A DNA stretch of 64,000 nt, from the NCBI GenBank assembly GCA_963695405.1, contig CAVOGJ010000003.1:1-64000 (forward strand). Reading direction: 5' to 3'. This stretch comes from an uncultured Planctomycetales bacterium. GTDB taxonomy: Bacteria > Planctomycetota > Planctomycetia > Pirellulales > Pirellulaceae. Below the pieces are notes generated by a model, which saw only the letters and a program-made list of their open reading frames with translations, ran no database searches and was not told where the DNA came from. Both the position numbers and the translations under genes were made by a program. Shown piece after piece: positions 1-10,804 of this stretch (position 1 is the first letter of the stretch; each line of letters starts with the position of its first letter).

Positions 1-144
1 CGATTTCCGACACGGCTCGTCAGGGGAGTTTCACTACGGCGGCCGCCGCGATCTACGGATCACCAGGAAACTGTGTCGGACGATGAAGCTGACGATAAAG
101 CCGAGGGCGCCTCAGCGGACGACGAGAGGCCTTGGGCGGATGTT

Positions 145-1182
145 TCAACCGAGGGCGTTACTAACGATGCCAGCCGAGCAATATCTCCCGTTTCCATCAA
201 GGGGACAGTCGCGGCCAGACACCCGGCTTCCAAAATACGCTTGGCAAGTGTGAAACAACGTCGCACTTGCTCCCAGTGGCTCACCCATCGCGGGGGCACG
301 TGGCCAAGCAACCTGCTCGGCGAAGGTCTGACGTGAACAGTCTTGCCTGAGCGCAAGTGGCACGGAACGGCCGGGCCGGCTCAACAGCGGATGACACCTG
401 TAGCGAGTCCGACGGGTTAGCAGTCCAGCGACGAGCCACACGCCAAGCCATGAGGTCGCCGGTTCGGGCACGACGAATACGAGGTTATCGAAAGTCGCAT
501 CCGCAAAACTGGGCGTGTCCGCTGTAATCACATCGGACGTGAGATAAATCTGCCCGGCGACCACGGATGTGTCGATGCCACTGAACTGAGGGGTCGAAGG
601 CTCGGGCTCTCCGACACGCCACACTTTGGCTGTGATCTGGCTCCCGACCGCGCCGTACTCAAAATTCCAGTCTTCGCCCGGACCATAGGGGATGCCGCTG
701 TCCCAAATGCGAATCTCCGTTCCCATTCACCAACTTGCTGATAGCAAACTCACTTCCCGGAGTGCCGGCAGACCGGCGTGGTGTTCCCAAAGAACACATA
801 TCCCGAAAACGTGTTGAGGTCAAACCGGAACAGGACGGAGGTGCTATTGTTGGGAGAATCGGTGCGTACTTGTAGCCACGTAGCCGTTGGAAAAAATCGG
901 GTCCGTCGACTGATCCCAGGCTGCAGCAACTACACGTTCCGTGAGCGGTATGTTCGGCGGCACCGGCGTGGACCCGGTGTGGTACATCCGCAAATCGCCA
1001 TTACTTACGTCATACGCCCCCAGGGCCCCAGGGCTGGCCCGCAGAAAAGTCCAGCGTCGTCCACCCGTCAAAGACCATGTCATCGAAGTCATCAATTGGA
1101 ATCACCTGTCCTTGCACGAAGATGGCAACGTTCAGGACGATTGCCATATACGTGACTCTTCGAATCGTGCGAATCAAACTCA
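145..1182 (-). pseudogene. PEP-CTERM sorting-domain protein, fragmented into >=3 reading frames
   Basis: The C-terminal ORF (145-726) has the classic motif ...VPEPATSWLGVWLVAGLLTRRTRY (VPEP + TM helix + Arg cluster). Upstream pieces in other frames (844-1095; ~1047-1182) carry an N-terminal signal peptide (MSLIRTIRRVTYMAIVLNVAIFVQG) after a good AGGAGA RBS. Frame breaks lie at ~1047 (G-run), ~845 and ~735. The ORF also reads on ~90 aa past the Arg cluster, which is atypical. Confidence 0.5.
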
Positions 1183-2037
1183 TGAGATCATCTCCTTGAA
1201 ACGAGGAAAGAGAAACGGAACCCGTACCGAGTTACGCAGAGAAACGCAGAACCGTGTGTGCGTTGCATTTGGCGAGCCTTTCAGTATCTAATCAGCTCGG
1301 GAGATTGCCGCAGTGTAACGCTAGCAAACCGGCGCAAAGTGACATACAGAGATAGCTCTCGTATTTTTTTATTGGGCGAAACCAAGGGGTGTGCACCCTG
1401 TGCTCATCCGCACAGCCGCGTGGCTTCTCGACGAGCCGCACCTCGGGGATACTTCGAGCAAGAGATGAGGTACTGCGAAGAGATCGGAGCAATCGGCACC
1501 CGAAGAAACGAACGCCTTCATGCGACAGAAGTTGGCTCGTGGAACTTATCCGCAACTCGGTATACGTGGCCCGCCGAAACGGACAACGACCGACCGCATT
1601 TCGTAAATGGTCGAACTGAAGGAGGCTGGGCCAAACGACTGCACATTGGCAAATCGCTAAGCTGATGAGATGGAAGAGACCGATGCAGTTTCCAACCTTT
1701 GCTTCGTGTGTGAAACGCCGACGCGAGTTACAGAGCTTTCCGAGGGCGGGGGTGAATCTGCCCTCCGCCAGAAATGTAAGTTCCGCTAGCGCGGAGATTG
1801 TGCACGCCTCCGCTAAATACCTAAATCCCATTAGCCTATTTCACAGACCGCACGAAAACGCAGGCTGCCAACCTGCGTTTTTCCCGTTTCGGGCATTCGG
1901 GCCGAAACAGGAATTGGCCGTCCGAGTCCGTCGCATGTCCGTGCAGCTGAGTGCATAAACCTCTCCAGTCGGGCCAATTCCCTCAATAGGACGTATGTCG
2001 CGGGACTTAATTCACACGATTAACGATAAGGAACCAT

Positions 2038-2328
2038 ATGAGCAATTGTCTTCGATCAATTTGGCGGGCGTTGGCTGATCATGGGATCATAGTCGCTGCC
2101 GCCTTCTTCGCGACGTTCGTGGCTGGTCTGATTGCAAGCGATTTCTTGCCACCAGGAATCGAGTCGACTGTCGTTGCCATAATTTGCTACTTGCTTGCAA
2201 TTGGAGCTTTAGGGATTGTGGCAGCACTGGCCATCAAACTCGCCCACACCGCCGTCCAAAACCGCCGGAAGTTCGGTTTGCGGTCGCTGTTTGTTACTGT
2301 CTCTATCCTTGCCGTATTGCTCACTTGA
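2038..2328 (+). CDS. small hydrophobic membrane protein (2 TM), in low-GC islet
   Basis: 96-aa ORF with two long hydrophobic stretches; local GC is well below the genome background. Confidence 0.3.
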   Translation: MSNCLRSIWRALADHGIIVAAAFFATFVAGLIASDFLPPGIESTVVAIICYLLAIGALGIVAALAIKLAHTAVQNRRKFGLRSLFVTVSILAVLLT

Positions 2329-2403
2329 CCACAAAGGCCTTGGGGTCGCGGATAGTTGTCTGCTATCTGTTCGTTTTCTTTCAACTGATTACGCCGGTTT
2401 TAT

Positions 2404-2697
2404 TTGTTAAATATGAGGCACACACCAGGGTCAGCCGGCGGTGGAGCTGTCCGAGGTGCTCTGGTGGGATTCGTGAGTGTCTTCGTCCTGATCATCCTCT
2501 ACGGTTTGATCATGGGAATTCAAGGAAGCTACCTGGTGGGACCTTTCGGCCCCGGCTTTAATGGTCTTGAGAATTTGCAGTTCATGATGTGTTTTTGGCT
2601 GATTCGAATTCGGCCGCTACTTGTCGTACTTCTTGCTGGAGCAATCGGCGGGATTATAGGCCGGAAACTGCGTCGGCCATTCCCACCGCTGCCGTGA
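2404..2697 (+). CDS. small hydrophobic membrane protein, in low-GC islet
   Basis: 97-aa ORF with 2-3 predicted TM segments; adjacent to the other small membrane ORF. Confidence 0.3.
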   Translation: MLNMRHTPGSAGGGAVRGALVGFVSVFVLIILYGLIMGIQGSYLVGPFGPGFNGLENLQFMMCFWLIRIRPLLVVLLAGAIGGIIGRKLRRPFPPLP

Positions 2698-2982
2698 CTC
2701 GCAAGTAGCTAGCGAGTCAGTGTGAAACATCGACGCGGTTTCTGCCGTGAATCACTTGCCCAGGAAGGCGCGCCTGGGCAAGTCGACATCCAGTCTGGGC
2801 TCGTCCCAAAAAACCACCCTTTTACGGGACGGCATGTGAAGCCGGACGGCCAAGATTAACTGGGGCCTCGGCAGGTAATGTCAGTGCAAAACTATCGACT
2901 TCGCTGAATCGAGTTCTATCCCTGTCCACTGGCGTCATCCGGGATGCCAGGTATCGAATAATCGCCGGCCGGTATCTGTTCC

Positions 2983-3447
2983 TTATTCCGCCGCATAGTC
3001 TCTGACCAACTGTTCAAACGGATCGTCCGGCACGTCGAATGCGACGGGCAATTTGAGCCGTGAGGCTGGCGTGAGCCCGAATTCGGTCAGCATCTGCCGC
3101 AATTGCTGAAAAGCCGAATTAAAGACGCTGTTCGCCGGATGCTTTACCGCTTCGCTGCGTTGCCCCTTGATGGTCATCCCCTCAGCGGTCATTGTCGCGG
3201 CGGCTTGACGCATCCGCACGTAGGCTGTGACCAATGCCTCAAGAGCCCATGCGTCGGCTTGTGTGATGCGAATCCCCTGTTTCTCGCATTCGATCAAAAT
3301 GTCATCCCAAGTGGCCGCGGCTTCACCGCTTAGGTGCGGGGGCGGTTCCGGCCGTTCCGCTGGGACGTTGACGGTTCCAACTGTATCGCGATCCGGTCGG
3401 AAGGTCTGCCGAGCGATCTTCGCGGTTGCTGCTTGTCGGTATGCCAT
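2983..3447 (-). CDS. phage terminase small subunit, P27 family
   Basis: 154 aa with ...ITQADAWALEALVTAYVRMRQAAATMTAEGMTIKGQRSEAVKHPANSVFNSAFQQLRQMLTEFGLTPASRLKL. This matches the TIGR01558/P27 terminase small-subunit pattern (FGLTPxSRxKL tail). Confidence 0.65.
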   Translation of the reverse strand: MAYRQAATAKIARQTFRPDRDTVGTVNVPAERPEPPPHLSGEAAATWDDILIECEKQGIRITQADAWALEALVTAYVRMRQAAATMTAEGMTIKGQRSEAVKHPANSVFNSAFQQLRQMLTEFGLTPASRLKLPVAFDVPDDPFEQLVRDYAAE

Positions 3448-3938
3448 GTTGTTACCTTTCCAGTGATAGAAACACGTTCAAATTGGCGGCAAAAATGCAC
3501 GCCGGGATCGCGGTTGGGGAATCGCTGCACAGTCAAAAAAGATGGCCCCGCCTGTGTGGCTCAGTCAAATGTGCTCACCACGTTGCAGACTAGGGCCAGC
3601 CATGCCCGCTCATGACTCCATGCCCTTCCGGCTTGGGCAGTGCTGCTTTGGCTTCGTCTGCAAGTGCTTGAAGCTCGCTAGGTGAGTCGTCTGTGACTTC
3701 GATCGCGGCGACATCACTGAGCATCGCCAGAATCGCGTGGCGCTTCTCGGCTGAGAGGTTCCGCAGCGTATCCACAATGGCGGCTAGATCGTCGTCGCTA
3801 GTGCCAGGTGCCGGCGTGATTTGCTGCGCATTTGCTGCGCGGGGTCTTTTGCCGGTCTTCCACTTGCCGGCGTGATTGCTGTTTTCTTCGGGGAAAACGA
3901 TAGAATTCAGCAGTGTCAGGGCGTCAGAGATTCCGTGA

Positions 3939-4658
3939 CTAGATGTCCCTCAGTTCGATATTCCCCACAATCTGCGAATCGGCCGCCCCCGGGCCACCCA
4001 CTTCGATATCGATCCGCCAGGGATGTTTAAAGAATTCGGCGCGGTACACCGGTAGATCGTTGATTCGCACTCGCCGCTCAAAGTGAGTCCGGTAATCCAT
4101 GTCGTGCAACGGCGGTTCGACGGGAACCGATAGAGGGCCCTGCAATTGCGTAGTCGACTCGATGAGTTGTAGAGTCGATCGATAGTATTCCTCGACATCG
4201 GTCCAAAAATGGAGCCGACCGTCAGGGATAAGCGTGCGTTCGACAGCCCGCAGCAGCCGCGCGTTCATGACCCGCCGCTTGCGATGGCGTTTCTTCCACC
4301 AAGGATCGGGGAAATAGACGTGCAGGGCAGCCACAGAGGCGGCGGGCACCGTGTCGAGAAATGCGACGCCGTCACCCTGTAGCACGCGGGCATTGGTCAC
4401 CTTGTCGGCTGCCAGCCGCGCGGCCACGAAGCGGGCGTATTTCCCCACGACCTCGACACCCAGATAATCGCGATCCAGGCAGGCCCGCGCTACGTTCTTC
4501 AGGAAGAGTCCCTTGCCGCTGCCAATTTCAATCTCCAGCGGTGCAAAACGTCCGAACACGCGGGCGCTGTCGAACGACGCGCCAAGTTCGTCGGGTCGGA
4601 TCAGCCACGCGTCGGCGTTTAACTCCTGCGTCGGCTTGGGCAACGCACGGCGTCCCAT
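3939..4658 (-). CDS. trmB: tRNA (guanine46-N7)-methyltransferase
   Basis: FPDPWWKKRHRKRR motif, SAM-binding EIGSGKG; overall collinear with E. coli TrmB. Start taken at MGRRALPKP. Confidence 0.85.
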   Translation of the reverse strand: MGRRALPKPTQELNADAWLIRPDELGASFDSARVFGRFAPLEIEIGSGKGLFLKNVARACLDRDYLGVEVVGKYARFVAARLAADKVTNARVLQGDGVAFLDTVPAASVAALHVYFPDPWWKKRHRKRRVMNARLLRAVERTLIPDGRLHFWTDVEEYYRSTLQLIESTTQLQGPLSVPVEPPLHDMDYRTHFERRVRINDLPVYRAEFFKHPWRIDIEVGGPGAADSQIVGNIELRDI

Positions 4659-4684
4659 GCTGGATTCCTTTTCGTTGTAATGGA

Positions 4685-5530
4685 CTACGGCCAGTCGGCG
4701 GGCGGTAACTGCGATTCGAATTCCTTTTTCGCTTCCCGCTGCCAATCATGTCCCGGCTCGGGTGTGCCAGCCGACAGGAACGGCATGATCAACGCACCTA
4801 GTGCAAAACCGCCAATATGGGCCCACCAGGCAACCCCACCCCCCATATTCGCGTCCGTCACATTGGCGGCGTAGATCATTTGCATCAAGAACCAGGCACC
4901 CAGGACAAACAGCGCCGGCAGGTCCACGATGGTGAAAAAGACAATGATGAAGATAAGCGTTCGGATGCGGGAAAACGGATAAGTGACCGCGTAGGCCCCC
5001 AAGATGACCGCCACAGCGCCACTTGCGCCAATCACCGGACTGAGTGATCCCAACCCCTGACCCGACATCAACCAATGACAAGTGGAAGCCAACAAGCCAC
5101 CCACCAGGTAGAAAATGAAGTAGGTGATGTGGCCCAAGCGGTCCTCGATATTGTTCCCGAAGAGCCAGAGAAACCACATATTCCCGAGCAGATGCAACCA
5201 GCCGGCGTGCAAGAAGAGTGAAGTGAAGGGCGTCCACAACACGGATTGTGCCGTGAGCGGCAGGTCAACGAATGGCATCGCTCCACGAGGTGGACCGATG
5301 CCGTTTGCCATTTCCACATCCGCGTAAAGTGGGACGCGGATCGCCTGACCTTGATTCAAAAGCGCCAGTCGGGCCGGCACGAAGCCGTAGGTAGCTCGAA
5401 TCACCCGCTGTTCGTAGGGATCGACTCCTTGCACGAAAATCAGGCTGAGAAGATTGATAACGATGATCGCCACAGTGACGACGGGCCATCGCTCAACCGG
5501 ATTCTCGTCGTGGAATGGGATTATGGGCAT
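4685..5530 (-). CDS. rhomboid family intramembrane serine protease
   Basis: 6-7 TM helices, catalytic GASGAV serine motif and downstream AHIGGFALG histidine helix. Confidence 0.8.
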   Translation of the reverse strand: MPIIPFHDENPVERWPVVTVAIIVINLLSLIFVQGVDPYEQRVIRATYGFVPARLALLNQGQAIRVPLYADVEMANGIGPPRGAMPFVDLPLTAQSVLWTPFTSLFLHAGWLHLLGNMWFLWLFGNNIEDRLGHITYFIFYLVGGLLASTCHWLMSGQGLGSLSPVIGASGAVAVILGAYAVTYPFSRIRTLIFIIVFFTIVDLPALFVLGAWFLMQMIYAANVTDANMGGGVAWWAHIGGFALGALIMPFLSAGTPEPGHDWQREAKKEFESQLPPADWP

Positions 5531-6080
5531 CGTCTGACCCGTTCTTTGAGATGGCATCGACCGGAAGCGGAACACCTTTGATGCCGCCTTCAACGACGAT
5601 CGTGTCTCCCACGGTCCCTTGAAATCTACAAATGATCATCCGACCGCGGCGGCACTTGATGCCTTGGCAAGCAATCAGCAGCCGATCGCCGGGTACCACC
5701 GGCCCGCGAAAGCGAACGTCTTCCATCCCGCCAAAACCGACCATTTGGGCGCCAAGTAAATCGTAACGCTGGGTGACATAGCTGCACACCTGCGCGGCGG
5801 CCTCACACATAAAGACACCCGGCATCAGGGGCATCCCGGGCATGTGGCCACGCACCCAGACTTCGTTTTCCGTGATGTCCTTATATCCGGCGCAAATAAG
5901 GCGATCGATATCCACATAGACGATGGCCGTCAGCTGTTCCATTTCGAAACGCTGCGGGTTGTATTTTCGAATCTCGGCAATATCCGCAAGCACATTGTCG
6001 AAATCGACAATGGCCGGGTCGACGATGTACTCTTTCCGAGCCACAACTTCACGCCTGTTTGCTGTCAATGCTGGCCCCAA
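5493..6080 (-). CDS. fabZ: FabZ/FabA-like 3-hydroxyacyl-ACP dehydratase (hotdog fold)
   Basis: HMPGMPLMPGVFMCEAAAQ matches the FabZ active-site motif HFPGxPxxPGVLxxEAxAQ. Alternative (TTG) start. Confidence 0.7.
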   Translation of the reverse strand: MGPALTANRREVVARKEYIVDPAIVDFDNVLADIAEIRKYNPQRFEMEQLTAIVYVDIDRLICAGYKDITENEVWVRGHMPGMPLMPGVFMCEAAAQVCSYVTQRYDLLGAQMVGFGGMEDVRFRGPVVPGDRLLIACQGIKCRRGRMIICRFQGTVGDTIVVEGGIKGVPLPVDAISKNGSDDAHNPIPRRESG

Positions 6081-6105
6081 TCTTGAGAAGGCAGCTATCG
6101 ATGGA

Positions 6106-6204
6106 TCAGGTCTTCACCTTCTGACGACGAGCCTTACGGGATCGAGAGTTGGCTGGCCGCTTGCCGTGATTCGCCTTTTTAATTTTTCTACCTGGTTTTG
6201 CCAT
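6106..6204 (-). CDS. unannotated 32-aa highly basic small protein (MAKPGRKIKKANHGKRPANSRSRKARRQKVKT)
   Basis: Perfect AGGAGA Shine-Dalgarno 6 nt upstream of the ATG. Lys/Arg-rich, resembling ribosome- or nucleic-acid-associated small proteins. Below the ORF-track size cutoff. Confidence 0.4.
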   Translation of the reverse strand: MAKPGRKIKKANHGKRPANSRSRKARRQKVKT

Positions 6205-6327
6205 CTTTCGTCTCCTGACTGTGACAAGGACTGCTGGTTGGGGTCGGAGGGAATCCGAGTTGATGTAATCCTAAAGCGTATCACTTTCGCCATTTATTTT
6301 CCACCGCGAGGTCACCAAAGTGATCAT

Positions 6328-7426
6328 TCACTGGGGTTCGACCGCGGGCAGCGGCGCGTGAGAAACGCGGGAAAGATCCGACAGCAGTCGTGCCGCCTTC
6401 CCCGTTTCGACGGCTTCCCTGGCCAGGGAAGCACAGCCGCGTAAATCGGCGCCTCGGCCGGCGGTCCAAAGTGCCGCGGCAGCATTGGCGATCACGATAT
6501 CGCTGGGAGGCCCCGGCTCTCCTTGCAGAATTCGGAGGATCAGCTGGGCGCTGGCCTGCGGGCCATTGACTTGCATCGACTGCTTGCTGGCTTGGCCCAG
6601 CCCAAACAACTCGGGGGACCAAGTTTGTTCTGTGATTTGCTGGGAAGTCACCACCAAGACACGTGTCACGCCGTCAAGGGTGACTTCGTCGAGGCCATCA
6701 TCGCCGCGGACGACACTAGCCCGCTTGACACCCAACTTTTGCAATGCTCCAGCCATTTTTGGTTGGGCCTCCGCCTGACCGACTCCCAGCAGTTGGTAGG
6801 GTGCAGCGGCTGGATTGCACAACGGACCCAGCAGATTGAAAATCGTGGGTAGCGCCAGGTCGCGTCTCACCGCTGCCACCTGTCTCATCGACGGATGCAT
6901 CAAGGGAGCGTAACAAAAGCAGATACCGAGCCGGTCCAGGCAGGCCTCAACTTGGCCCAACGAGGCTTCGATATTTACCCCTAGTTCCGCCAGTACGTCG
7001 GACGAGCCAGACTTGCTCGTCACGCTCCGGTTGCCATGCTTGGCGATGGGCAAGCCAGTGGCCGCGGCGACAATCGCCGCCGCCGTCGATATATTAAAAG
7101 TTCCCGACGCGTCCCCGCCGGTTCCACACGTATCGAGCAGATCGTGCCGGCGGGTGCGAATGCGACGCATCTTTTGCCGCAGCGCCAGGGCCGCACCGGT
7201 GATTTCGTCAACCGTCTCTCCCTTCGCGCAAGGCTACCAGCAGCAGCCCAATTTCCTGGGGCGACCATTGTCCATCCATGATCTGATGGATCGCTTGTCG
7301 GATCTCATCTCCGCTCAGATCTTGACCGCCGCTGACGCGTCCCAGGATTGTCTCTGTCATGGCTGCCCTCGTCATTCGGACCTTGCGACGCCGACGCTCT
7401 TCCGCCGCCAAAAGAATAATTGTCAT
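6328..7426 (-). pseudogene. trpD: anthranilate phosphoribosyltransferase TrpD, split by one frameshift near 7222-7230
   Basis: The N-terminal helical domain (…IGLLLVALREG) is in ORF 7208-7426. The rest (KGETVDEITGAALALRQKM…DTCGTGGD…) is in the frame of ORF 6328-7170. The join lies in a gcgcg tract. Confidence 0.8.
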
Positions 7427-7521
7427 TGTACGCGGTTGTGATGAGCTCCGTCGGGTCCTAGAATTCGTGACATCGGTGGGCCGTATCGTGGACAGATGTG
7501 GCTCGTGACTGGGAGAACGAG

Positions 7522-8463
7522 ATGGTTCGCAAGATTCTGATCGACTGCGACCCCGGAATCGACGATGCCGTTGCGCTCTGTATGGCGCTGTTTGATCCGC
7601 GGTTGGAAGTCTTGGCGGTCACGGCGGTGGAAGGGAACGCGGACGCGAACCAGACCAGTCGCAATGTGCAGGCGATTGTCGAGCAGGTCGACCCGGCCCG
7701 CTACCCACGATTTGGCGTCGCCCAGAAGTTGGAAGCCCCGCCGTCGCAGGAGCTCGAACGGTTCCACGGGATCAACGGGCTGGGAGACATTCCTTTTGAA
7801 ATTTCCCTGCTCCACCATCAACACGCCTCGGACAAGGTGATGCTTGACGTCATCCGAGCAGATCCTGGCAACGTCACGATTCTCACGCTGGGACCGTTGA
7901 CCAATCTGGCCCTCGCATTGCAGAGAGATCCGGAAGCCGCCGCGATGATTGGCAGCATCATCATGATGGGTGGCAGCGTCGTGGGAATAGGGAATGTTAC
8001 CCCTTGCGCGGAATTCAACATGCACTATGATCCGGCGGCGGCGGACATTGTCTTTTCCTCGCCGACGACCAAGACACTGTTGCCCATGGATATTTCGCGA
8101 CAAATCGTATTTTCCTTGGGGACGTTGGACGAGTTGCCGGACGAATCGACGCGTGTGGGAGGATTCCTGCACAAGATTTTACCGTATTGCTTTCGGGCTC
8201 ATCGTCAACGCCTGGGACTGGAAGGAATCCACTTGCACGATGCGGTCGCCATGTTGGCCGTTCTGCAACCCGAGCTGTTCACCACGGCTGAAATGCACGG
8301 CCAGGTGGAGGTGACGTCCGGCCTCACGCGGGGAATGACCATTTTCGATCGACGCGATTTTCCTGCGGAGCGTCCGAATATGGAGGTGATCTCCAGTGTC
8401 GACGTCGGAGAAGCCAAGGCAGCTATCCTGCGTGGTTTGAAGTACGCCGGGCAGTGCTCCTGA
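7522..8463 (+). CDS. nucleoside hydrolase (IunH/RihA family)
   Basis: N-terminal DCDPGIDDAVAL (DxDxxxDD) motif and typical length. Confidence 0.85.
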   Translation: MVRKILIDCDPGIDDAVALCMALFDPRLEVLAVTAVEGNADANQTSRNVQAIVEQVDPARYPRFGVAQKLEAPPSQELERFHGINGLGDIPFEISLLHHQHASDKVMLDVIRADPGNVTILTLGPLTNLALALQRDPEAAAMIGSIIMMGGSVVGIGNVTPCAEFNMHYDPAAADIVFSSPTTKTLLPMDISRQIVFSLGTLDELPDESTRVGGFLHKILPYCFRAHRQRLGLEGIHLHDAVAMLAVLQPELFTTAEMHGQVEVTSGLTRGMTIFDRRDFPAERPNMEVISSVDVGEAKAAILRGLKYAGQCS

Positions 8464-8493
8464 CCCACCGTCGGGAGCACAACCGCCACTCGG

Positions 8494-9711
8494 CTATCTC
8501 ACTTCTGACCGAGATCGCAACAGCACCCGTAGCGACAGACGCTCGCCGTCCCGGTAAATGGTCAGCGGAACTTCACGTTCCACAGGCGTCATGCCGACGA
8601 GGTTGATGAGGTGGCTATCGTTTTCGACATCATGGCCGTCAAACGAGAGGACCACATCCCCCGGCCGAATCCCAGCAGATTCTGCCGGCGAGGCAAGGGT
8701 GACGGAAGAAACGCGGGAGCCCGGGTAAGGCAGCAGGCCCAATCGAGAGGCTTCGTCCGATCCGTATTGGCTGTCGAGTTGGACCCCCAGAAATCCGCGC
8801 ACTAGTTTGCCATCGCGTACCAGTCTGGTCGCGACTTCTGTCGCGAGATTGATGGGGATGGAAAACCCGATCCCCTCGTTGCCACCCGAATTACTTGCGA
8901 TTGCCGTGTTAATCCCAATCACTTCACCCCGCAAATTGATCAGAGGACCGCCACTATTGCCGGGATTGATGGCGGCGTCGGTTTGGATAAAGTCCTGAAT
9001 CCGCACCGTTTCGTCTCCCAAAATCAAGTCCCGCCGCCCTTTGGCGCTAATGATACCGTGCGTGACCGAGTGGTTCAGACCAAAGGGGCTGCCAAATGCC
9101 AGCACAAAATCGCCAACTTCGGCCGTGCCACTGTCTCCCAGCCGCGCGGGGACCAAGTTCTGCTCCCGTACCGCCAGGACCGCAATATCGGTCGCCTCGT
9201 CGGACCACCGATCTGTCGCATGAATTGTCCGACCGTCGGACAGCTGGAGATAGATGCGGTCGAGGTCCGCATTCTGGATCACGTGACGATTCGTGAGGAT
9301 GACGGTTCGACCATGGATCACTACCAGTGCGCCGGCGCCCGCTTCTTCAATGACGCCGTCCTCCGAATTCGTGGCGGACCCTTCGAAGCGCTCTTGTTCG
9401 CCTGTCGATTCAGCTACCCGCTTCCAAGCCTGAATGTGGACCACCGAAGGGCGTACCAGTTCAATCGCTGTGCGGAGAATCCGCCCGTTTGTCTCGACGA
9501 CGTCCACACGACGAGACAGCTCGGCATACAGCCGATCGCGAGCCGGCAGGTCGAATCTGGGCCGCGATGCCGGAAGGGGCGTTTGCGTGGACTGTGGAAC
9601 GGCTTCGTCGGCTGCCACTTCAGGGACCCCTGCCGGGGCAAACCTGGCCGCACAAAGGTAGAAAAGCGTCAGTAGCAGCCACCCGCTCGTGGCGTCTCGA
9701 AAGCGTCGCAT
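8494..9711 (-). CDS. degP: periplasmic serine endoprotease DegP/HtrA family (trypsin domain + PDZ)
   Basis: Catalytic triad context HGRTVILTNRHV…D…GNSGGPL; signal peptide MRRFRDATSGWLLLTLFYLCAA; C-terminal PDZ domain. The ORF-track N-terminal extension is judged spurious. Confidence 0.85.
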   Translation of the reverse strand: MRRFRDATSGWLLLTLFYLCAARFAPAGVPEVAADEAVPQSTQTPLPASRPRFDLPARDRLYAELSRRVDVVETNGRILRTAIELVRPSVVHIQAWKRVAESTGEQERFEGSATNSEDGVIEEAGAGALVVIHGRTVILTNRHVIQNADLDRIYLQLSDGRTIHATDRWSDEATDIAVLAVREQNLVPARLGDSGTAEVGDFVLAFGSPFGLNHSVTHGIISAKGRRDLILGDETVRIQDFIQTDAAINPGNSGGPLINLRGEVIGINTAIASNSGGNEGIGFSIPINLATEVATRLVRDGKLVRGFLGVQLDSQYGSDEASRLGLLPYPGSRVSSVTLASPAESAGIRPGDVVLSFDGHDVENDSHLINLVGMTPVEREVPLTIYRDGERLSLRVLLRSRSEVR

Positions 9712-9832
9712 CCGTGACTCTCCTTCTTCCCGTCCTTGGGATCCGCGTGTCAACGTTCTACCGCGAAGAATCGCCCGGGGGTGCTTCTCGGAAGCCAACC
9801 CTGGCATCGTCGTTGTCGTTGCTGGGGGTTGG

Positions 9833-10270
9833 TCAGACCTCCACATCAGAGTAGGCCGAATCATCCCCCATGCCGGTATCCAGGATCTTGGACCAATCGA
9901 CTCCCGCGGCCGATTTGAGCCCTTGCTGTTCGAGTTTTCGCTGGCAGCCGATGCAACAGGTGGCATACGGCAAGGCCTGCAGACGGGCCAGCGGAATCTT
10001 GCCTTCGCAGCCCTCACACTCGCCAAACGTTCCCTTTCGCATGCGGTCGAGGGCGGCTTCAATATTGACCAGCTCTCGGCTCTCCACTTCAGCCAACTGC
10101 GAGCTGATCTCGTCTTGGGCCGCGTCGAGTGCGAAATCCGCGACGTCACCCGAGTTTTGCTCGCGCAGTTCTTTCAGCGAACTTAAATCGCCATCCAGTG
10201 CCTTGCGCAGAGCGTCTCGGCGGACAATTAATACTTCTCTCAGTTTTGCCAATGTGTCTTTGCGTGCCAT
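9833..10270 (-). CDS. DksA/TraR family C4-type zinc-finger protein
   Basis: C-terminal CEGCEGKIPLARLQALPYATCCIGC four-Cys finger with a coiled-coil N-terminus; start at MARKDTLAKL. Confidence 0.75.
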   Translation of the reverse strand: MARKDTLAKLREVLIVRRDALRKALDGDLSSLKELREQNSGDVADFALDAAQDEISSQLAEVESRELVNIEAALDRMRKGTFGECEGCEGKIPLARLQALPYATCCIGCQRKLEQQGLKSAAGVDWSKILDTGMGDDSAYSDVEV

Positions 10271-10804
10271 GAACCACCTCTGATCGGCAAGGGCGCTGCC
10301 CCTCTCGTTGTTTGCCCGCTCCGTGTGAAACCAAGGCCTCCTATCGCCTGGCGATCCCGGCCATTGCCGAGTCTCGCAACTATAGTACGCAGCTTGGTGC
10401 TGGCAGGGATCGGAACTCTCCTTTCCCACAAAAACCGAGATTCGAGTGCGATCGTAACGTGTTTGCCATTCTTGAGTTAGTGACTCGCTCGCCGTGGCGG
10501 AATCCCGACGACTCGTTTCAGGACAATTACCCGCAGCCTTCGCCGGATCGATATTCTCGCCCTAACCGGCAATAACAGCCTCATGGTTCATCGACATCCA
10601 AGCCGCCAAATTGCAGTCCAATTTTGCGGACCATCCTGTCGGCTACGTAACAACTTGGCAGTTTGAGGGTTACGCAAGGGGCTCTTTCTTTGACGCCGGT
10701 CGAACCATGAGCTAAATGCCTCTGTGTGTCGGCTCGCCTCTGCCTGCGTGGTGCGCGCCCGACGAATTGAATATTGGCCATTACCTTTCCGAGAATTACT
10801 TGCC

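Noticed and set aside
2755-2784. Perfect 10-bp palindrome CTTGCCCAGG-N8-CCTGGGCAAG
   Set aside because: No following T-tract on either strand and not adjacent to a gene end. It could be a protein binding site, but there is nothing to support a call.
7423-8172. 249-aa minus-strand ORF
   Set aside because: Antisense to the well-supported nucleoside hydrolase gene. Arg-rich, typical of high-GC shadow ORFs.
10724-10804. N-terminal extension of the FHA protein ORF (MCRLASACVV…)
   Set aside because: Cys/Arg-rich junk preceding a good Met (MLTTTPKDRNRDEF) that begins the FHA fold. Likely 5' UTR.
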